From Octopus bimaculoides (Eukaryota), in assembly GCF_001194135.2 (NCBI RefSeq), contig NC_068981.1, positions 183,972,877 to 184,026,996 on the forward strand: a stretch of 54,120 nt of DNA, in the 5' to 3' direction. Below the pieces are notes generated by a model. The model searched no databases and was not told the DNA's origin. It saw only the letters and a program-made list of their open reading frames with translations. Position 1 is the first letter of the stretch; each line of letters opens with the position of its first letter. Of this stretch, positions 48,274-54,120 are shown piece after piece. Position numbers and translations under genes: made by a program.

Positions 48274-48451
48274 TTGTATTTGATATTCTGAGTATAGTCT
48301 CTATGATTCACCATTTCCAAACTGTCTTTCTTACAGGTGACACAGCAAGCATCTGCCTCAATAAATTGGGGTCGTACTCGAACAGCAACCTCTACTCTAT
48401 TCTGAAGTGCTGATTTAGACTCCATTGTGCTGCTCGCCAGGAGATATTTAC
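48274..48451 (-). CDS. KIF22: KIF22 exon 2 (KYLLASSTMESKSALQNRVEVAVRVRP...NIKYK)
   Basis: Acceptor ttttgcag, donor AA|gtgagt. Contains an internal ATG at 48425 and the kinesin beta1 motif VAVRVRP. Confidence 0.92.
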
Positions 48452-48782
48452 CTGCAAAACATAGAAGACAACAGGTTAACTTGAGAGAAAGAGGTTTTCC
48501 AAACGGACACCAGAGTGCTATCTAGGAGCTATTTACCTGAAAAATACGCATGTATGATCATTCAATGTACTAGAAATAGTCAAATCTCCCTCAAACCAAA
48601 CACCTACCTTAAATGTGATCTTCGATTACCTGCACCTAAAACAAGAAAATGTCAGAGACAACATCTACTGTTGGTTAGGCCTAGGAAGGCCGACAGGAAG
48701 CGGTGCAGCTTGCTAGGTCTAATCAACAGTAGTATTATTCCCTTCAGGGGACTGTCACATTATGTTGACAGCATAGAACTAC

Positions 48783-48873
48783 TTCGATTTTTTTAAGGTT
48801 TTGGAAACACAGGCACGCATGCGCAAATCGAATATGGTGCGTGCCTGTGTTTCCAAAACCTTAAAAAATCGAA
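48783..48873. repeat. 91-bp near-perfect palindrome
   Basis: Arms 48783-48819 and 48838-48873 are identical except one T in a homopolymer. 18-nt spacer. Confidence 0.95.
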
Positions 48874-48908
48874 CATGTGTGAGAGAGAAAGAAAAATAGG
48901 GAGGGAGA

Positions 48909-48943
<35 letters not shown>

Positions 48944-50499
48944 NNNNNNNNNNNNNNNNNNNNNNNNNNNNNNNNNNNNNNNNNNNNNNNNNNNNNNNNN
49001 NNNNNNNNNNNNNNNNNNNNNNNNNNNNNNNNNNNNNNNNNNNNNNNNNNNNNNNNNNNNNNNNNNNNNNNNNNNNNNNNNNNNNNNNNNNNNNNNNNNN
49101 NNNNNNNNNNNNNNNNNNNNNNNNNNNNNNNNNNNNNNNNNNNNNNNNNNNNNNNNNNNNNNNNNNNNNNNNNNNNNNNNNNNNNNNNNNNNNNNNNNNN
49201 NNNNNNNNNNNNNNNNNNNNNNNNNNNNNNNNNNNNNNNNNNNNNNNNNNNNNNNNNNNNNNNNNNNNNNNNNNNNNNNNNNNNNNNNNNNNNNNNNNNN
49301 NNNNNNGAAGGCTATTCGTACGACCTGGACATGTGGAACACAATGTCAAAAATGAAAATCGCCACCCCCCACCCTGTGTGTGTGTGTGTGTGGGGAGGGG
49401 GGGATTTGGGGGTCCAACATTTTTTAAAGGGGGAATCGCATGACCGTGACATATAGAACACATTATCGAAAACGAAAATCGTCAAAATTAAAAAATAAAA
49501 AAGATACAGCCATTTTCCCTCAGTGTCTAATTCTAATGTCCACTTTTTTTTTTTTTTAGAAATGCGTAAAAAAATACGGAGATTATGATTCTGAAAAAAA
49601 AACTGTTTGAAAAACTGGCACTTAATGATACGAGGCTAATGAGATTTGAAAAACTTGGGACTTACTTTAATGCAGTTGAAGAGTAATTTTGTATGGATGT
49701 CTTCCGATTTATTCTTTTATTAGGTCCTATGGTACTGGGGTATCCGGCGAATTTGTCTACAATTCATCTACAACCACATAGATAAAATGTAGACGAATTC
49801 ACCTAGAACCAGGTCAGGGTACCTGGAATTGTTATGTAGTCGAACGACACGGCTGATCTGAGAGGGGTACATAAAGCCCCAAAAAATTTGTGGAGTAACA
49901 ATGTTTTATTAGCCTTCTCTGAGGGAATGAATAAATATCAGGCCAGGTATTGATGAAAATAGATACCTGGCCTTCTTACCCATTCTTATGTCCCTCTACG
50001 AACTTTCAATGTTTTGTGTGCATGATCTATAAAATTTTTAGCATGGTTCACCACGTAATGATGAGCAAGCTCTTTTCAAAAAAGAAAAGTAAAAATAGCG
50101 AAGAAATCTTGTGAAAAAGTGAAATTAAAGAGAATCCTTTGACCAGCGCAAAACATCGTGCTTGTGAACTGAAAATGGTCTTACCCATTTGAGATTTGGC
50201 TGTTATTTCTAGAATGTAGATAAACTGCTTGAAGGCCAAGGCCGTAGAATTGGGAGGGTTCGGGTTAGGGTGAGGGAAAAATCGGATCTCGTGAACTTTC
50301 CCAAAGCCCTCTCTCCACCACGTTCATTTGCGCAATTTTTTCTTTCATATTCGTTTTCTACAGTTTGTTGCTCTAATCCCAATGTGCACCCAGTTTTTAA
50401 CACCCAGCAGGGTGGGTTTTTTTTTTTTTTCGTTAACGGGTGAGGATCTTTATATTGACCTTTTCATGTACATTAGGTCAGGGTAATTGATTCCATGCG

Positions 50500-50640
50500 A
50501 AAACTCCGACGTCGATGGCAGCGAAATTGGCTGTAAGGGTAGCAGCGAAGTGGAAATGGATGTGCAGGGCACAACACTAAAACCGCGAGCGATAGTGACA
50601 GAATTGATGTGGTTATGGGCATGGACGTTATCAAAAATGC
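50500..50640 (+). mobile_element. Possible Gypsy aspartyl protease remnant
   Basis: DGSEIGCKGSSEVEMDVQG...VVMGMDVIK. Confidence 0.45.
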
Positions 50641-51559
50641 TTTTTTCTTCTCAGTGAATCGGGTGAGGGTGAACTTAAGATATACCGCCCTGTCTCACCA
50701 CGCGCCCATATGCGTCTCTTCCTTATGACTGCCCCAGGCGAAAACAGGACCANNNNNNNNNNNNNNNNNNNNNNNNNNNNNNNNNNNNNNNNNNNNNNNN
50801 NNNNNNNNNNNNNNNNNNNNNNNNNNNNNNNNNNNNNNNNNNNNNNNNNNNNNNNNNNNNNNNNNNNNNNNNNNNNNNNNNNNNNNNNNNNNNNNNNNNN
50901 NNNNNNNNNNNNNNNNNNNNNNNNNNNNNNNNNNNNNNNNNNNNNNNNNNNNNNNNNNNNNNNNNNNNNNNNNNNNNNNNNNNNNNNNNNNNNNNNNNNN
51001 NNNNNNNNNNNNNNNNNNNNNNNNNNNNNNNNNNNNNNNNNNNNNNNNNNNNNNNNNNNNNNNNNNNNNNNNNNNNNNNNNNNNNNNNNNNNNNNNNNNN
51101 NNNNNNNNNNNNNNNNNNNNNNNNNNNNNNNNNNNNNNNNNNNNNNNNNNNNNNNNNNNNNNNNNNNNNNNNNNNNNNNNNNNNNNNNNNNNNNNNNNNN
51201 NNNNNNNNNNNNNNNNNNNNNNNNNNNNNNNNNNNNNNNNNNNNNNNNNNNNNNNNNNNNNNNNNNNNNNNNNNNNNNNNNNNNNNNNNNNNNNNNNNNN
51301 NNNNNNNNNNNNNNNNNNNNNNNNNNNNNNNNNNNNNNNNNNNNNNNNNNNNNNNNNNNNNNNAAAAATTGTGTATTCAATAATTAGTTTTCATTGAGCT
51401 TCCCTTTTTAGAAAGATTTCCTGGGCATAAATGAGGTAAAACGACAGAAAAATTACACGTTGAAAGCAAAAGTAATTTTTCTGAGTTTTTTTCTTACAAA
51501 ACGAAACTTGAAACTTTGAAAATAAAAATGAGTCAATATGTATGTGCATATATAAGCGT

Positions 51560-51790
51560 TTGTATAGAGTTCGAAATACATATTGCTCAGTTATTTGAAC
51601 GAGGAAATTTTCAAATGTTCTATTGCGGTACCTCTCCCGCCACATGAACTCTATCAAATATGTAGGCAACGAGTTTGAGGAAGTGCCATAAAGCTGACAA
51701 TACTTGCGTTTTATGCGAGTCCACATCCCTTCCACAAGATTTGTGTGGACACCTGTGACTTCATTCACAAATGAATGACAAATCTTCACA
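51560..51790 (-). mobile_element. Merlin/ISXO2-like transposase C-terminal fragment
   Basis: [19 protein letters not shown]...[11 protein letters not shown]. Confidence 0.85.
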
Positions 51791-51867
51791 AGATATACGA
51801 TTATTTGTTGAAAGTTTCATTAATAAGTATTTTTCTGTAAATTATGAGGCAACAAAGTCGAGTGGGG

Positions 51868-51913
<46 letters not shown>

Positions 51914-52548
51914 CCATCTGTAGTTATGACAGAAATTAAGACGAGGTTTTCTCATTAAACAAAATCAAACTTTTGAAATTAGCGCTATTTTGAAATCCAT
52001 TCATTATCAACTGTAGAAGTAAAACCAGCGTGACTTATTTCACCACGACTATCCACGAATGGTGTGTTTAATTAGTTTCATAACAAAACGCTACAACACT
52101 AAAAACAAAAGCCATTGGTTGATTTGAAGGAGTAAACAACTTCCATTCAATGTCTTGCTTTGGTCTTAGCTTACCGAATCTAACAGCTCTTAAAATGTAG
52201 GCGCAATTTCCACAAGCAAATCTTAAGATCCTGTCGGGTGAATTTTTTTGCATCATCAAAAAAAAAAAATTAAATAACTACAATANNNNNNNNNNNNNNN
52301 NNNNNNNNNNNNNNNNNNNNNNNNNNNNNNNNNNNNNNNNNNNNNNNNNNNNNNNNNNNNNNNNNNNNNNNNNNNNNNNNNNNNNNNNNNNNNNNNNNNN
52401 NNNNNNNNNNNNNNNNNNNNNNNNNNNNNNNNNNNNNNNNNNNNNNNNNNNNNNNNNNNNNNNNNNNNNNNNNNNNNNNNNNNNNNNNNNNNNNNNNNNN
52501 NNNNNNNNNNNNNNNNNNNNNNNNNNNNNNNNNNNNNNGGGGGGGGGG

Positions 52549-52811
52549 TATCTATCTACCTAATAAAATAATCAACCGACTGAATGAAAATTGCTTTCAG
52601 AACATTCTAAAACATCTTTCAGAATGGTTCACTTTTGAATAACATTTTAATTCGTTATTTTCACTTTTCTTAATGACTACTTCTGAGTAAGATTTTATTT
52701 CAAAATTTGTTTTATTTTCACTTTTATGACTACTTTTGGGTAACATCTTCAAATTCAAAATTTGTTTTATTTTCATTCATTCAGTCGGTTGTTTGTTTTA
52801 TTAGATAGATA
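52549..52811. mobile_element. MITE with about 40-bp TIRs and internal tandem repeats
   Basis: tatctatcta..taataaaa.aa.caaccgactgaatgaaaat at both ends. An internal unit of about 55 bp is repeated 2-2.5 times. Confidence 0.7.
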
Positions 52812-52879
52812 AAAATCCCACCACTTGATTTACAGTTTATACATATTTATATATGGAGGGTTTTGGGGGTTTTTGTTTT

Positions 52880-53600
52880 TTTTATCTCTGGTGCCACTGA
52901 CTTGCGCGTTCACTGACTGGCACGGATGCGCTCGTCGGGTTCACTCTTAAGCTTAAGTAGTAGCGAGTGTTTTCCCATAAAACAAGAAAAATATTCTTGG
53001 ATTGAGTGAGTACTAATTATTAGTGAAGGAACACGTTTGACCCTCCCTGTCTGAGATTCGAAACCAAATCTACTTGCATGTTGTTTGTCAAGCAATCTCC
53101 ACACCAGACAACTAATGGAAAACACGACCTCCTAAGACCTTGCTGGTCACGGAAAGGTCAGTCCTTTGTTTAGGATTTGACCTATAATCTTGACCATATA
53201 GATCTATATCAGAGACCATTTCCTTTCTCGCCTTCAGCTGCAACACTTCCCTTCGTTCCTCACCCGCCATACTAAAAGAAGCTTACGGTTGAAATCAAGG
53301 AGGGACGATGCCTCCTTTACCCTTTTTTCCTTTCTTGTCAGCGCCGTATATTCCCCTCTCTACTAGCAGAAAGCAACTTCCACGCTATCGACTACTAGGC
53401 AGCGGTCGAACCTTTTGTAAGTCATTACGATTAGAGCCGTCTTACTAACCACTTTACGGGCAAATAAAATTCCTTCCATTTTTTGGTGTCAGTCTTTGAC
53501 GTTTCATCACTAGTTTCTCAATTGTAGCGGTGTGTTGGTATGCAACAGCCGATTACCAAGTGTTTCTCAATCATCTGGTATGGAAATGCAAACAGGATTT
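52880..53600. promoter_or_regulatory. CpG-retaining segment, candidate KIF22 promoter/5' UTR
   Basis: Visibly more CpG and GC than the CpG-poor introns. Surrounds the candidate start exon. TSS is not located. Confidence 0.4.
53264..53270 (-). CDS. KIF22: KIF22 candidate exon 1, coding part (ATG GCG G)
   Basis: agtATGG is a strong Kozak context, followed by a G|GTGAGG donor. The phase 1 end joins the phase 1 start of exon 2 to give MAGKYLLASSTMESK. It lies in a CpG-retaining segment. Confidence 0.55.
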
Positions 53601-54120
53601 CCCCGCTTGCTTGACAAATAACAAGCAGGTGGATTTGGTTTCGAATCTCAGGTTCCACTACAGAGTGATTTTCTCTGTAATCCAGTTTGATGCCCCTCCC
53701 CTAATATATTCCCTTGTAAATTTGAAAGATATTTTGGTAAATTTATAGTTTCACACCAGATTCGATTTCGGTAGTAAATAATTTTTTTCCCCCGCGGTTT
53801 TTTTGTTGAGGGGGGGGGGGCAATCCCAATATTTCATAATTCTTCAACATGCACATTTTTAAATGACATTTACAGAAATTATCGAGAGTGTAGCTTACAT
53901 AATGCTGATATTTCAAACAAATCTGGAGAAAAAATTGGAAGACGCTGAAGCAGAGAATATTAGAGATAAAAAATTCGGTAGAAGAGAGAAGAATAATTTC
54001 CAATTCCTTCAGAAAATTTTCGTTTCTAAATTTTAGCAATCGTAAACTACATTCAAAGACGTATCTCTGTAAAATTTCGTTAAAAAAAATATGCATTTTC
54101 CCGAAAGTTACAAGCGAACA

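Larger units (their letters stand above)
22549..53270 (-). other. KIF22: KIF22/Kid-like chromokinesin (kinesin-10 family) gene span, 15 coding exons, about 560 aa
   Basis: Exons were read manually on the minus strand. All introns are GT-AG and all phases are compatible (1683 nt, 561 codons). Motifs: VAVRVRP, P-loop GATGTGKT, LEIYNEKV, switch I SSRSH, switch II DLAGSE, IPYRDSKLTRLLQ, and an HhH tail WQQKHGPFQKVEDL. Order and wording parallel vertebrate KIF22. Exon 1 is inferred and extra symmetric exons in the stalk cannot be excluded. Confidence 0.9.

Noticed and set aside
49853-49890. Hammerhead-like CTGA-GA-GGGG...CCCC-AAAA
   Set aside because: It lacks N7 and G12 and has no stem I or III, so it is too degenerate to call.
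50056-50171. C/D snoRNA-like ATGATGA...CTGA
   Set aside because: Only a 3-bp terminal stem and no recognisable guide; such motifs occur by chance in AT-rich DNA.

Overview
AT-rich, repeat-dense eukaryotic genomic DNA with 9 assembly gaps. The SINE, LINE and MITE families look like those of an octopod cephalopod (inference from recalled repeat families). There is one host gene, a minus-strand KIF22/Kid-like (kinesin-10) chromokinesin. I reconstructed it by hand as 15 phase-compatible GT-AG coding exons (CDS 22549-53270, about 560 aa: N-terminal motor domain, stalk, C-terminal helix-hairpin-helix). Its introns are filled with tRNA-derived SINEs, RTE-LINE 3' ends, and piggyBac, hAT and Tc1 MITEs, many in inverted pairs. 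Bases 1-20 kb are a gene-free mosaic of decayed transposons (Tx1-like, Penelope-like, RTE, CR1-type, mariner, maT/Tc1, Merlin, Gypsy) with a strong plus-strand bias. Main observations: (i) a Penelope-associated module of tRNA-like Pol III head plus an intact minimal hammerhead ribozyme, in two copies, with other hammerhead remnants nearby; (ii) the strand-biased TE block downstream of KIF22, a candidate uni-strand piRNA source; (iii) a 397-bp retroposon with an ORF1-like tail, no ORF2 sequence and a 13-bp TSD; (iv) fold-back elements and AG|GT sites around KIF22 exon 2. No CRISPR array, rRNA gene or true tRNA gene was found.
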